DNA of 64,000 nt from an uncultured Desulfobacteraceae bacterium (lineage in GTDB: Bacteria > Desulfobacterota > Desulfobacteria > Desulfobacterales > Desulfosalsimonadaceae). Shown one piece after another: positions 1-8,705 of this stretch. The stretch covers positions 5,819-69,818 of the forward strand of contig CAZVFQ010000004.1 of NCBI GenBank assembly GCA_964626455.1. Reading direction: 5' to 3'. The position numbers and the translations under genes were made by a program. The stretch's first letter is position 1. Every line of letters starts with the position of its first letter. Under the pieces are notes generated by a model. It saw only the letters and a list, made by a program, of their open reading frames with translations. It had not been told where the DNA came from and did no database searches.

Positions 1-260
1 TGTTTCAGATAGCCCAGAGCAATCATGGAGATTTTCTTCTGCTTGTTTTTGTCAACAGCATACTTGGAAGATCCGAAACTTGCAGATGAGCGGGCCTTGA
101 CCTCCACAAAAACGATAACGCCCTTGTGTCTGGCAATTATGTCTATTTCGCCGAACCTGTTTCTATAGTTTCTTGCCAGAATACGGTAGCCGTTTTTTTT
201 TAAATGGCCGGCTGCAATTGATTCCCCCAGACGACCAAGCTGTTTTGAATCTCCCGGCAT
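1..260 (-). CDS. yraN: YraN-family (UPF0102) endonuclease, C-terminus cut by window edge
   Basis: Not in the ORF track. Hand translation from the ATG at 260 gives MPGDSKQLGRLGESIAAGHLKKNGYRILARNYRNRFGEIDIIARHKGVIVFVEVKARS..., the GE..A..L / GEIDII / FVEVK pattern of YraN. It follows rnhB as in many bacteria. Confidence 0.7.
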   Translation of the reverse strand, partial: MPGDSKQLGRLGESIAAGHLKKNGYRILARNYRNRFGEIDIIARHKGVIVFVEVKARSSASFGSSKYAVDKNKQKKISMIALGYLK

Positions 261-289
261 ATTTCCGCCTTTAAAAGGAGGCTGCCGTT

Positions 290-931
290 TTATGCCCTGC
301 GGCCTTTTATACTGTAATAACCGCGCTTTTGCCCGCAAACCCCCTTGAAACTGCGCCTGTGAATCGGGCACCACCCGTAATCCCTTATGGCTGAGATATG
401 AGCTTTTGTAGGGTATCCCTTGTGGCTGGAAAACCCGTATTCAGGATACTCAGTAGAGTATTTCTCCATAATACGGTCTCTTGTTACTTTTGCCACTATG
501 GAGGCCGCCCCTATTGTAACGCTTCTTGAGTCGCCCTTCACTATTGTCTTCTGGGGCATATCAAGACCTATGCGATACTGGCCGTCAATCAGCAGGCAGT
601 CCGGAGCAGGTGCAAGGTTTTTAACAGCCATGGCCATTGATACAAGTGATGCCTGCAAAATGTTAATCCTGTCGATTTCAACAGGATCGACAATTCCTAT
701 TCCCACTGTCAGTGCGTGAGAATAGATTTCTTCATACAGCCTCTGTCTGGCCTTTGGGGAAAGGCGCTTAGAGTCGGCCACTCCGGTGACCGTGAATTTT
801 TCAGGCAGAATCACGGCTGCTGAAACAACAGGGCCCGCAAGGGGTCCCCGGCCGACTTCGTCGACACCGGCGATTTGACTATAGCCGCAGCTTCGGGCTT
901 CGCATTCGAATTGCCCGGCCAAATCCGTCAT
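290..931 (-). CDS. rnhB: Ribonuclease HII
   Basis: 213-aa ORF with GVDEVGRGPLAGPVV near the N-terminus and a DSK motif. Sits downstream of rplS. Confidence 0.9.
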   Translation of the reverse strand: MTDLAGQFECEARSCGYSQIAGVDEVGRGPLAGPVVSAAVILPEKFTVTGVADSKRLSPKARQRLYEEIYSHALTVGIGIVDPVEIDRINILQASLVSMAMAVKNLAPAPDCLLIDGQYRIGLDMPQKTIVKGDSRSVTIGAASIVAKVTRDRIMEKYSTEYPEYGFSSHKGYPTKAHISAIRDYGWCPIHRRSFKGVCGQKRGYYSIKGRRA

Positions 932-954
932 TATCCCCTCACCCTTATATAAAA

Positions 955-1299
955 CTACTTGCGGCGAAGTTTCATTCTTGCCGCCTTTTCCTTCAAACCG
1001 CGCATGTAGTAAATCTTGGATCTGCGGACACGCCCTTTTTCAACCACCTCCACCTTATCGATGGCAGGCGAGTGCATGGGAAAGATTCTCTCCACCCCTA
1101 TGCCATAGGAAACCTTGCGAACCGTAAAGGTGGCATTGGTGGTGCCCTTTTTCATCCCGATTACCACACCCTGGAAAACCTGGATACGCTCTTTTTCCCC
1201 TTCCCTGATCCGTACGTGAACTTTTACGGTATCTCCGGGCCCAAACCCGGTCATATCCATTCTAATCTGTTCTTTTTCAATCTGTTCTATTGCGTCCAT
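955..1299 (-). CDS. rplS: 50S ribosomal protein L19
   Basis: The conserved L19 sequence starts at [13 protein letters not shown]...FQGVVIG...FTVRK. The track ORF extends to 1404, but that extension overlaps the upstream gene and is not L19-like. Confidence 0.9.
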   Translation of the reverse strand: MDAIEQIEKEQIRMDMTGFGPGDTVKVHVRIREGEKERIQVFQGVVIGMKKGTTNATFTVRKVSYGIGVERIFPMHSPAIDKVEVVEKGRVRRSKIYYMRGLKEKAARMKLRRK

Positions 1300-1348
1300 T
1301 GCTTCATTCCTCACAAACTGTTTATCAAACCGGCCTGTTGCGGCCTGA

Positions 1349-1954
1349 TTATGGTTGCTGTTTTTCTGCCATTCCATCGACTCTGCTTCCAAAGAGTCGA
1401 TCAAGGATAATCGATGCTGCGCAGCGTACCGAAAGATGATTGTACTCGTTATTGCCGACTATCGGTGCGAGCCGGCAGTCGGCTTTTTGCATAAATTCGT
1501 CACTCAACCCCCATGCGGTTCCGAGTGATAGCAGATACGCGTGTTCACCGTATTGAAGCGCCTTTTGAAATTCCCGGAACCCTGTCTGGCCCGCAGCCGG
1601 TGATGCGCTGGTGGCAACTATGCGAACCTGCCGGTTTTCCTTTGCCCTGATTTCTTCAACCGCTTGCTCAAGGCTCTTTCTTATCCGGATCAGTGAAAGT
1701 GCTTCCTTCCGGTCCGGGTTATATTCGGCGCCGTGGCCCTTAATCCAGTGATCTATAATTTTTCCGGCAAAATCGCGCTGATCCTCCAGCGGAGTGATCA
1801 CGTAAAATCCGGCAACTCCGTATGTCCTTGCCGCCCGCGCGATATCGTGCAGATCAATGCTTGTAACCGCAGATGCAATGGCACTGCCTTTTTTGTTTTT
1901 CACCGGATAATGAAGCAGCGCCAGATACAGCCTAGTCTGATACAAGTGATTCAA
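1349..1954 (-). CDS. Putative SPOUT-type SAM-dependent RNA methyltransferase (Methyltrn_RNA_4-like)
   Basis: 201-aa [13 protein letters not shown]...[17 protein letters not shown]...LSLGTAWGL, wedged between trmD and rplS. The family assignment is from memory of the motif pattern. Confidence 0.55.
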   Translation of the reverse strand: MNHLYQTRLYLALLHYPVKNKKGSAIASAVTSIDLHDIARAARTYGVAGFYVITPLEDQRDFAGKIIDHWIKGHGAEYNPDRKEALSLIRIRKSLEQAVEEIRAKENRQVRIVATSASPAAGQTGFREFQKALQYGEHAYLLSLGTAWGLSDEFMQKADCRLAPIVGNNEYNHLSVRCAASIILDRLFGSRVDGMAEKQQP

Positions 1955-2681
1955 GGTAGCGGCACCATTTTTTTACAACCTGTTTCTCCTGTTCTGTCAG
2001 TCCGGTTTTTTCAATCAGATCCGGTCTTTTTAAAAGGGTACGCAAAAGTGCCGATTCCAGCCGCCATTTTTCAATAGCCTTATGATTGCCCGTCAAGAGC
2101 ACCCCGGGCACCTCTTTTCCCTCAAACACCCTTGGCCGGGTATAATGGGCATGCTCCAGCCGCGCACCGGAAAACGAGTCGCATTCGGCTGCATCTTTTG
2201 CTCCCAGAGTTCCAGGAATATGCCTGGTTACAGCATCCATTACCACCATGGCTGCCAGTTCGCCGCCGGTCAAAACATAATCGCCGACAGAAATTTCATC
2301 ATCTATATATGTTTCGCAGATCCTTTCATCTAAGCCCTCGTATCTGCCGCACACAAAAACAAGGCTGTCAAGCCCGGCATATCTGCAGGCCGTCTCCTGG
2401 TCAAAGCGTTTTCCCTGCGGCGTTAAAAGCACGGTCCAGGCATCCGGACGAAGCGCATGCACAGCCCTGATGGCAGCAGCAACAGGTTCAGGCTTCATGA
2501 CCATTCCGCTGCCCCCGCCGTAGGGACGATCGTCTGTGACCTTGTGCCGGCCTTCCGCATAATCCCTGATATTTACAGGGTTAACCGTGATAAGAGCGCT
2601 TTCCACGGCTCTCCTGATAATGCCGTAGGAGGAAAACGCGTCAAACAGGCCGGGAAAGATTGTCAGCGCGAAAAAATCCAT
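1932..2681 (-). CDS. trmD: tRNA (guanine37-N1)-methyltransferase
   Basis: MDFFALTIFPGLF...YGGGSGMVM...LVFVCGRYEGLDERI...VLTGGE is classic TrmD. Start chosen at the MDFF Met, which avoids overlapping rimM. Confidence 0.9.
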   Translation of the reverse strand: MDFFALTIFPGLFDAFSSYGIIRRAVESALITVNPVNIRDYAEGRHKVTDDRPYGGGSGMVMKPEPVAAAIRAVHALRPDAWTVLLTPQGKRFDQETACRYAGLDSLVFVCGRYEGLDERICETYIDDEISVGDYVLTGGELAAMVVMDAVTRHIPGTLGAKDAAECDSFSGARLEHAHYTRPRVFEGKEVPGVLLTGNHKAIEKWRLESALLRTLLKRPDLIEKTGLTEQEKQVVKKWCRYLESLVSD

Positions 2682-2697
2682 CTTTCCCGCAATTCTC

Positions 2698-3207
2698 CTA
2701 CAGCCCCTCGGGCAGTTCCACCAGGATTCTGCCCGCATCCGTGTCGATACTCCTGACTACCTGCTCGATTGCAGGAACCAGACGTTCGGTTTCGTTGTCT
2801 CTTACCACAAAAACATCATTGGCGCCGGTTTCAATCATTGCTGCCACCCGCCCGATAAAGCCCTCATCCATATCATATACATCCATCCCGATCAAGTCGC
2901 ACCAGTACCAACTATCGGGTTCGGGCTTCGGCAGGACAGAGCGCGGCACAAACAGGCGGGAGCCGATCAGCGCTTCTGCCTGGCTGCGGTCATTTACTGA
3001 TTCAAACCCGATGCAGACGGCTTTCTTAACAACCCTGGAGCTTACGATTGTATAGGCTGATGCCGTCTTTCCGCTCGGCTCAATAAGTATCGAGCCACCG
3101 GGGTTAAGAAGGGCCTGCTGATCAACATAGGAATAAACCTTGACCTCTCCTTTTATACCGTGGGCTGCCACGATTTTTCCGATAAGGAGATGTGCCTCCG
3201 GGTCCAT
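2698..3207 (-). CDS. rimM: 16S rRNA processing protein RimM
   Basis: LIGKIVAAHGIKGEVKV N-terminal motif and a PRC-barrel-like C-terminus. Lies in the conserved rpsP-rimM-trmD order. Confidence 0.85.
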   Translation of the reverse strand: MDPEAHLLIGKIVAAHGIKGEVKVYSYVDQQALLNPGGSILIEPSGKTASAYTIVSSRVVKKAVCIGFESVNDRSQAEALIGSRLFVPRSVLPKPEPDSWYWCDLIGMDVYDMDEGFIGRVAAMIETGANDVFVVRDNETERLVPAIEQVVRSIDTDAGRILVELPEGL

Positions 3208-3211
3208 CCTT

Positions 3212-3445
3212 TCATTCTTCGATGATTTCGAGTACGGTGCGTTTCTTTACCTTTGCCGACGCAGCATTTAGTATTGTCCGCATAGCTCTTGCGGTGCGCC
3301 CCTGTTTTCCGATAACTTTCCCCAGGTCTTCCTTGGCCACCTTGAGCTCCAAAACCGCGGTCTGCCCTCCTTCAACCTCGGTTACGGTCACTTCGTCAGG
3401 ATTGTCAACAAGCGCCTTTGCGATGTACGCGATCAGATCTTTCAT
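3212..3445 (-). CDS. KH-domain RNA-binding protein (UPF0109/YlqC-like)
   Basis: 77 aa containing [17 protein letters not shown] (the KH GxxG motif), between rpsP and rimM. Confidence 0.8.
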   Translation of the reverse strand: MKDLIAYIAKALVDNPDEVTVTEVEGGQTAVLELKVAKEDLGKVIGKQGRTARAMRTILNAASAKVKKRTVLEIIEE

Positions 3446-3502
3446 TTGCCCCCTCTCCTTTTAAATGGCTGCTGGAGTTTTCGGATTCGCGGAAAAGCAC
3501 TT

Positions 3503-3763
3503 TTACGCCGATTCTACTGCATCATAGAACCCCTTTCTTTTCAGAAGACTGTTTACTGTATCTGTTGGAATCGCTCCCTTGTCAATCCAGTGTGCAATCC
3601 TGTCAGGTTTAAAGGTAACCTCGTGGGGCTCGACCATAGGATTATAGGTGCCCACAGTTTCAATGAAACGACCGTCTCTTGGATATCGGCCATCTGCAAC
3701 AACAATACGGTAAAATGGTTTCTTTTTTGCTCCATGCCTGGCCAACCTGATTTTAACTGCCAT
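3503..3763 (-). CDS. rpsP: 30S ribosomal protein S16
   Basis: [24 protein letters not shown]... is canonical S16. Confidence 0.92.
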   Translation of the reverse strand: MAVKIRLARHGAKKKPFYRIVVADGRYPRDGRFIETVGTYNPMVEPHEVTFKPDRIAHWIDKGAIPTDTVNSLLKRKGFYDAVESA

Positions 3764-3778
3764 TTGCCTGCCTCTCCT

Positions 3779-5110
3779 CTAAAACGGCATCATGTTCCGG
3801 GGTAGCCCCCGCATGCCGCCTTTGTTGATTTTCTTCATCATTTTAAGAACCTGAGTGTAGTTCTTCAGGAGTTTGTTTACGTCCTGAACCTTTGTTCCGC
3901 TCCCTTTTGCGATCCGTTTCCTTCTGCTGCCGTTTAAAATATTGTGATTCCTGCGCTCGGCCGGGGTCATGGAATTGATAATCGCCTCGATCCTGACCAA
4001 TTCACGCTCATCTACTTCCATATTGCTCAATTGCTTGTTTTTACCCATGCCGGGAATCATTTTGATAAGATCGCTGATTGATCCCATCTTTCTGACCTGT
4101 GCCATCTGATCCCGGAAATCCTCCAGGGTAAATTGGTTTTTCCTCAGCTTTTTTTCAAGCTCTGCGGCCTTTTTCTCGTCAACCGCACCCTGGGCCTTCT
4201 CAATAAAGGAGAGCATATCCCCCATACCCAGTATGCGCGATGCCATCCTGTCGGGGTGAAACGCCTCAAGAGCGTTTGTTTTTTCCCCCACACCGATGAA
4301 TTTAACCGGCTTGCCGGTTACCGCCTTTATGGACAAAGCAGCCCCGCCCCGGGCATCTCCGTCCATCTTGGTCAGAATCACCCCACCCAGGTCCAGGGCC
4401 TGATCAAAGGACTGGGCCATGGTTACCGCGTCCTGGCCGGTCATCGCATCCGCGACCAAAAGCACGTCAGAAGGTTTGACAGCCTTCTGGATTGCCGCAA
4501 GCTCGTCCATCAGTTCCTGGTCCACGTGCAGGCGGCCCGCGGTATCAAGGATAAGAGTATCACATCCTTCAGACGGAGCCTTCTGCCGGGCCTTTTCCGC
4601 TATGTCCACAGGATCCATATCAGTGGTCGACGGAAAAACCGGCACGGTCAACTGACCTCCCAGCTTCTGCAGCTGGTCTATGGCGGCCGGCCGATAAACG
4701 TCAACAGGAACAAGGTAAGGCTTTTTGCCTTCCTTGCGAAGATGCACCGCGAGCTTGCCCGCAGTGGTGGTCTTGCCTGAACCCTGAAGCCCCACCAGCA
4801 TAACGGTCTGGGGTGCCGGGCCGGAAAGATTCAGCCCCTGGCTTTTCCCGCCCATCAGGGCGGTCAGTTCCTCATTGACGATCTTTATGACCTGCTGGGC
4901 CGGGGTCAGGCTGGATAACACCTCCTGACCTATGGCCCGGGCCTTTATATCTGCTATCAGCTGCTTGACAACCTTGTAATGAGCATCTGCTTCCAGCAGC
5001 GCCAGGCGCACTTCGCGCAGGCCCTCTTCGATGTTTTTCTCAGAGAGCTTGCCGTGGCCTTTTAACTTCTTAAAAACCGAATTGAGCTTTTCGCTTAAAT
5101 TGTCAAACAT
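3779..5110 (-). CDS. ffh: Signal recognition particle protein Ffh
   Basis: 443 aa with the GLQGSGKTTT P-loop, DTAGR, TKMDGDARGG, and a Met-rich M domain at the C-terminus. Confidence 0.95.
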   Translation of the reverse strand: MFDNLSEKLNSVFKKLKGHGKLSEKNIEEGLREVRLALLEADAHYKVVKQLIADIKARAIGQEVLSSLTPAQQVIKIVNEELTALMGGKSQGLNLSGPAPQTVMLVGLQGSGKTTTAGKLAVHLRKEGKKPYLVPVDVYRPAAIDQLQKLGGQLTVPVFPSTTDMDPVDIAEKARQKAPSEGCDTLILDTAGRLHVDQELMDELAAIQKAVKPSDVLLVADAMTGQDAVTMAQSFDQALDLGGVILTKMDGDARGGAALSIKAVTGKPVKFIGVGEKTNALEAFHPDRMASRILGMGDMLSFIEKAQGAVDEKKAAELEKKLRKNQFTLEDFRDQMAQVRKMGSISDLIKMIPGMGKNKQLSNMEVDERELVRIEAIINSMTPAERRNHNILNGSRRKRIAKGSGTKVQDVNKLLKNYTQVLKMMKKINKGGMRGLPRNMMPF

Positions 5111-5323
5111 ACCGATTCTGCTGTAGCCGGAAAAATGAATCCGTTAAAATTAATATTTGCCTATTGCAATGTCAAGTATAATAATATGTACTCATGTAAT
5201 TGTACAGCATTAAGGGATGCTTTTTTCTGCCCTTATACACTGCCGGGGCAGGGGCGGCTCCTGTGTCCCCTGTATGCAGGTCAAAGCATCAAAATTTATT
5301 ATATATATTATATATCGAAAACC

Positions 5324-6394
5324 ATGACGATTCAACCCCAAAAAAATTCATCAATAACAGATATAAGGAACCTTGACCGCAGCGGCCTGGTTGAATTCTT
5401 TGAAAGCCATGGCATGCGCAGCTTCCGGGCGGATCAGACACTGCGGTGGCTGTATTCGCGAAGAGCCAAAAGCTTTGCAGAAATGACAGACCTGGCAAAG
5501 GAAGCCCGAAGCCTGCTTGCAGAAAACTTTTCCATTGGGAAGCCGGAAATAAGGGATATGCAAACCGGTGAAGACGGTACATGCAAGTTCCTGCTCGGCC
5601 TTGAGGACGGAAACGCGGTTGAGTCCGTGCTGATTAAGGAAAAAGACCATTATACTCTGTGCATTTCCACACAGGTGGGATGTGCCATGGGATGCGCTTT
5701 CTGCATGACCGGAAAAACAGGACTGACCCGCAACCTGAGCCGGGCCGAAATTATCGGACAGGTAATTGCAGCCATGGATGAAGCGGAAACCCGGGGTGAT
5801 ATGCGTCTTTCAAACATTGTGCTCATGGGAATGGGAGAGCCGCTTGCCAACTACAGAAACGTAATCAGCGCGATAGGGGCAATAACCGACAGCAACTGGG
5901 GGCTTAAGTTTTCCACCAGAAAAGTGACCCTTTCCACTGCCGGGCTGGCAGATAAGCTCGGGGATCTTGCCAAAGACACCCGTATAAGACTTGCTGTGTC
6001 CCTGAACGCTGCCGATAACCCCACAAGAAACCGTCTTATGCCAGTAAACAGGATATTTCCCATTGAACGCCTTATAGAAGCATGCTCCCGTTATCCCCTG
6101 GCTTTGCGGGATAAAATAACCTTTGAATACATCCTGATAAAGGGGGTAAATGATTCGGAAAAACACGCCTTTAAACTGGCAGAGCTGCTCAGGCCGGTAC
6201 GGGCCAAAATCAACCTTATCCCATTTAATCCTTATCCCGGCTCTGAATTTGTCCGGCCGGACACTGATGTGATAGAAGCCTTCCAGTCAGTACTTGCCGA
6301 AAAAAACTATACCGCAATCATAAGATGGAGCAAGGGCACGGATATATCAGCTGCCTGCGGCCAACTCAGAGGGGCGCCCAATCATAGGTCGTGA
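5324..6394 (+). CDS. rlmN: 23S rRNA/tRNA (adenine-C2)-methyltransferase RlmN (radical SAM)
   Basis: FRADQ...CISTQVGCAMGCAFCMTG radical-SAM cluster and a C-terminal ACGQL. Start moved to the ATG at 5324 (MTIQPQK); the upstream part of the track ORF is AT-rich promoter sequence. Confidence 0.9.
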   Translation: MTIQPQKNSSITDIRNLDRSGLVEFFESHGMRSFRADQTLRWLYSRRAKSFAEMTDLAKEARSLLAENFSIGKPEIRDMQTGEDGTCKFLLGLEDGNAVESVLIKEKDHYTLCISTQVGCAMGCAFCMTGKTGLTRNLSRAEIIGQVIAAMDEAETRGDMRLSNIVLMGMGEPLANYRNVISAIGAITDSNWGLKFSTRKVTLSTAGLADKLGDLAKDTRIRLAVSLNAADNPTRNRLMPVNRIFPIERLIEACSRYPLALRDKITFEYILIKGVNDSEKHAFKLAELLRPVRAKINLIPFNPYPGSEFVRPDTDVIEAFQSVLAEKNYTAIIRWSKGTDISAACGQLRGAPNHRS

Positions 6395-6472
6395 TTCGCC
6401 TGGCAGCAGTCAAAAAAAAGTCTGCAGGCATAGCAAATAAAGGAACAAATTTGTTCAGAGTAAATGTTTTTA

Positions 6473-6501
6473 TTGACAAAGCTGTATTTACCATTTAATT
6501 T
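6473..6501 (+). promoter_or_regulatory. Candidate sigma70 promoter of the cold-shock gene (TTGACA-17 nt-TAATTT)
   Basis: TTGACA at 6473-6478, 17-nt spacer, TAATTT at 6496-6501. Read directly from the sequence. Confidence 0.4.
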
Positions 6502-6505
6502 AACT

Positions 6506-6536
6506 TACCATATTCGATTTGCATTCGAATATGGTA
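6506..6536 (+). promoter_or_regulatory. Perfect 12-bp hairpin at the predicted 5' end of the csp leader
   Basis: TACCATATTCGA (6506-6517) pairs with TCGAATATGGTA (6525-6536) across a 7-nt loop. It lies just downstream of the candidate -10. Confidence 0.5.
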
Positions 6537-6645
6537 CAAAGTTCGGTCCAGCATTTCGGGGTAAGACATTTCGCGTATGCGAAGCCTTCCGAAGCAGCAC
6601 CTGAAAGTTTGTACGGATAAATTATGAAAGGAGGTGGCTAGTTTA

Positions 6646-6843
6646 ATGGAAGGTCGGGTAAAATGGTTTAATGAGAAAAAAGGTTACGGCTTTATTGAAA
6701 CCCAGGAACACGGCGATGTTTTCGTACACTATTCAAATATCGACGGCACCGGTTTTCGCACCCTGAATGAACTGGATCGCGTATCCCTGGAAGTACAGGA
6801 TTCTCCCAAAGGCCCTCAGGCGATTAATGTGAAGCGTTTATAA
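6646..6843 (+). CDS. Cold-shock protein (CspA family)
   Basis: MEGRVKWFNEKKGYGFI...DVFVHYS carries the RNP1/RNP2 motifs. Start taken at the ATG preceded by GGAGG. Confidence 0.92.
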   Translation: MEGRVKWFNEKKGYGFIETQEHGDVFVHYSNIDGTGFRTLNELDRVSLEVQDSPKGPQAINVKRL

Positions 6844-6882
6844 AGGCGGCCTGCATAGCTGTCTTAAAGCTTTAAAAGCAAG

Positions 6883-6910
6883 CCGGGATCGGCAACGATC
6901 CCGGTTTTTT
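6883..6910. terminator. Hairpin plus T-run between the convergent csp and S1 genes
   Basis: CCGGGATCG-GCAA-CGATCCCGG followed by TTTTTT (6905-6910). Confidence 0.7.
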
Positions 6911-8486
6911 ATTCGTCCTGTTTTACTCCGCTTTTCCCCTGATCTTCGATTTTTTCCTTTAAAATACGCCCCAAGTCTGTCTCTGAATCACCGATTTGAT
7001 GCCGGGATTCGGATGAAGCCTCTGGTTTTCCGCCCTTGCCGGAAATTTCTGCTTTGCCCTGTTCTTTTCTGTCATGTTTCATGCTCAGGCGAATTTTCTT
7101 TTCCCCGGCAAGCACTTCAATGACTCTGGCCTGAACCTCCTGGCCTGCTTCGTATTTTTCAAGGGGATTTTCGCCCTTGGCAGCCGGAAGTTCAGACAAA
7201 TGCACCAGCCCCTGTACGCCCTCATCTATTTCCACAAACAACCCGAAATCTGTTATATTAACGATCCTGCCGGCAACAGATACGCCGGGCGGATACTTAT
7301 TTGGAAGCTCTTCCCACGGATTCGGATAAAGCTGTTTGATTCCAAGATTAACCCGCTGATTTTCCCGGTCAATATCCAGGATCTTGGCCTGCACACTCTG
7401 GCCCTTTCGGTAATGCTCCGGGGGTTTTACGGTCTGAGTCCATGACAGGTCGGAAACATGCACCAGCCCGTTGATGCCTTCTACAATCCCCACAAATACC
7501 CCAAAATCTGTAACCTTTTTTACCTTGCCCTCGATAATTGCCCCTTTTGGATACTGCTGCTCCAGCGTATCCCAGGGATTGGGCGTCAGCTGCTTTATGC
7601 CCAGGGAAACCTTGCGGCTTTCAGCATCGATTTCAAGCACCTTTACCTTGATTCTGTCGCCCACTGAATATGTCTTTGAGGGATGCTGGCGTACAGGCGT
7701 CCATGAAATATTGCTGATGTGAACCAGCCCGGTGATTCCGTCAAGATCAACAAACAACCCGTAATCAGTAATATTTGTAACAATGCCTTCGACCACGTCT
7801 TCAAGGTTTAACCTCTGGATGGCTTCTTCCTGCTGCTTTCTATACTCTTTTTCAATTAACACGCGCCTGGAAACCACCACGTTTCTCTCTGCCTTGTCAA
7901 ACTGCAGGATTTTAAATTCATGCTCAGTGTCAATCCATTCACCAGCGTCTTTTGCGGGTTTTATGTCAAGCTGGGACCCGGGCAGAAAAGCACGGATGCC
8001 TATATCCACAAAAAAACCGCCCTTTACCTGGGAAAGAATCCTGCCCCTTACAACACCTTCCTGTTCGTAAGTTTCCTCGAGTTGTTCAAGCAGTTTTTCA
8101 GTGCGAACCTCCTCTCTGGACAGAAGCGGAAATCCTTCCTCGTCCCGGTCTGCAAAATAAACCTCCACCCGGTCTCCCACGCTTAACTCCGTATTTCCGT
8201 CAACATCTGCAAACTCCTTTAAGGCAACCTCCCCCTCATATTTGTCCCCGATGTCGAGCAATACCCTGTCGCGCTCAATTCCGACTATTTCGCCTTCCAC
8301 AATCCTGCCGGGATCAACAGGTTTAAAACTTTCCTCATACATTGCCATCAGGCTGGCCATGTCGGCGCCGTCCTCTTCAGGGGCGTCTGAAAAAGACTGC
8401 CCGTCATTTGTTTTATGTTCATCTTCCATATCCCGGGCCTCCCGGTGATCGATTTTTTTCACGGTCATAGATTCCAACACCTCCAT
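6909..8486 (-). CDS. rpsA: 30S ribosomal protein S1 / S1-repeat RNA-binding protein (five S1 repeats)
   Basis: Five repeats of the type VVEGIVTNITDYGLFVDL..GLVHISN. Acidic N-terminal and Lys/Glu-rich C-terminal tails. Confidence 0.75.
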   Translation of the reverse strand: MEVLESMTVKKIDHREARDMEDEHKTNDGQSFSDAPEEDGADMASLMAMYEESFKPVDPGRIVEGEIVGIERDRVLLDIGDKYEGEVALKEFADVDGNTELSVGDRVEVYFADRDEEGFPLLSREEVRTEKLLEQLEETYEQEGVVRGRILSQVKGGFFVDIGIRAFLPGSQLDIKPAKDAGEWIDTEHEFKILQFDKAERNVVVSRRVLIEKEYRKQQEEAIQRLNLEDVVEGIVTNITDYGLFVDLDGITGLVHISNISWTPVRQHPSKTYSVGDRIKVKVLEIDAESRKVSLGIKQLTPNPWDTLEQQYPKGAIIEGKVKKVTDFGVFVGIVEGINGLVHVSDLSWTQTVKPPEHYRKGQSVQAKILDIDRENQRVNLGIKQLYPNPWEELPNKYPPGVSVAGRIVNITDFGLFVEIDEGVQGLVHLSELPAAKGENPLEKYEAGQEVQARVIEVLAGEKKIRLSMKHDRKEQGKAEISGKGGKPEASSESRHQIGDSETDLGRILKEKIEDQGKSGVKQDE

Positions 8487-8705
8487 AAAAGGATTCTATA
8501 TTTAAATTAAACACGCGGCAGGAAAATGCAATGCAGTAAAGCACCCAATTGCCCGTAAATTTATTCCGGATTGCCCGCCAGGAGTTCAAGGTTGATTTTT
8601 AATAGAAGATATCGTATGGTGCGCACGAAATTGGCTTGTATGTTAAGTTTTTTAAATGGGAAGGGAGCAAATTCAAACTCTGACAGCAACAGGAGGCACC
8701 AGAAA

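Noticed and set aside
955-1404. N-terminal extensions given by the ORF track for rplS, trmD, rlmN, the acyl-CoA ligase, folK, the nitroreductase, the PNPOx-like gene, the OMP gene and the nuclease.
   Set aside because: In each case an internal Met (or GTG) coincides with the start of the conserved family sequence, has a better RBS, or removes an overlap with the upstream gene. The extensions are unconserved-looking.
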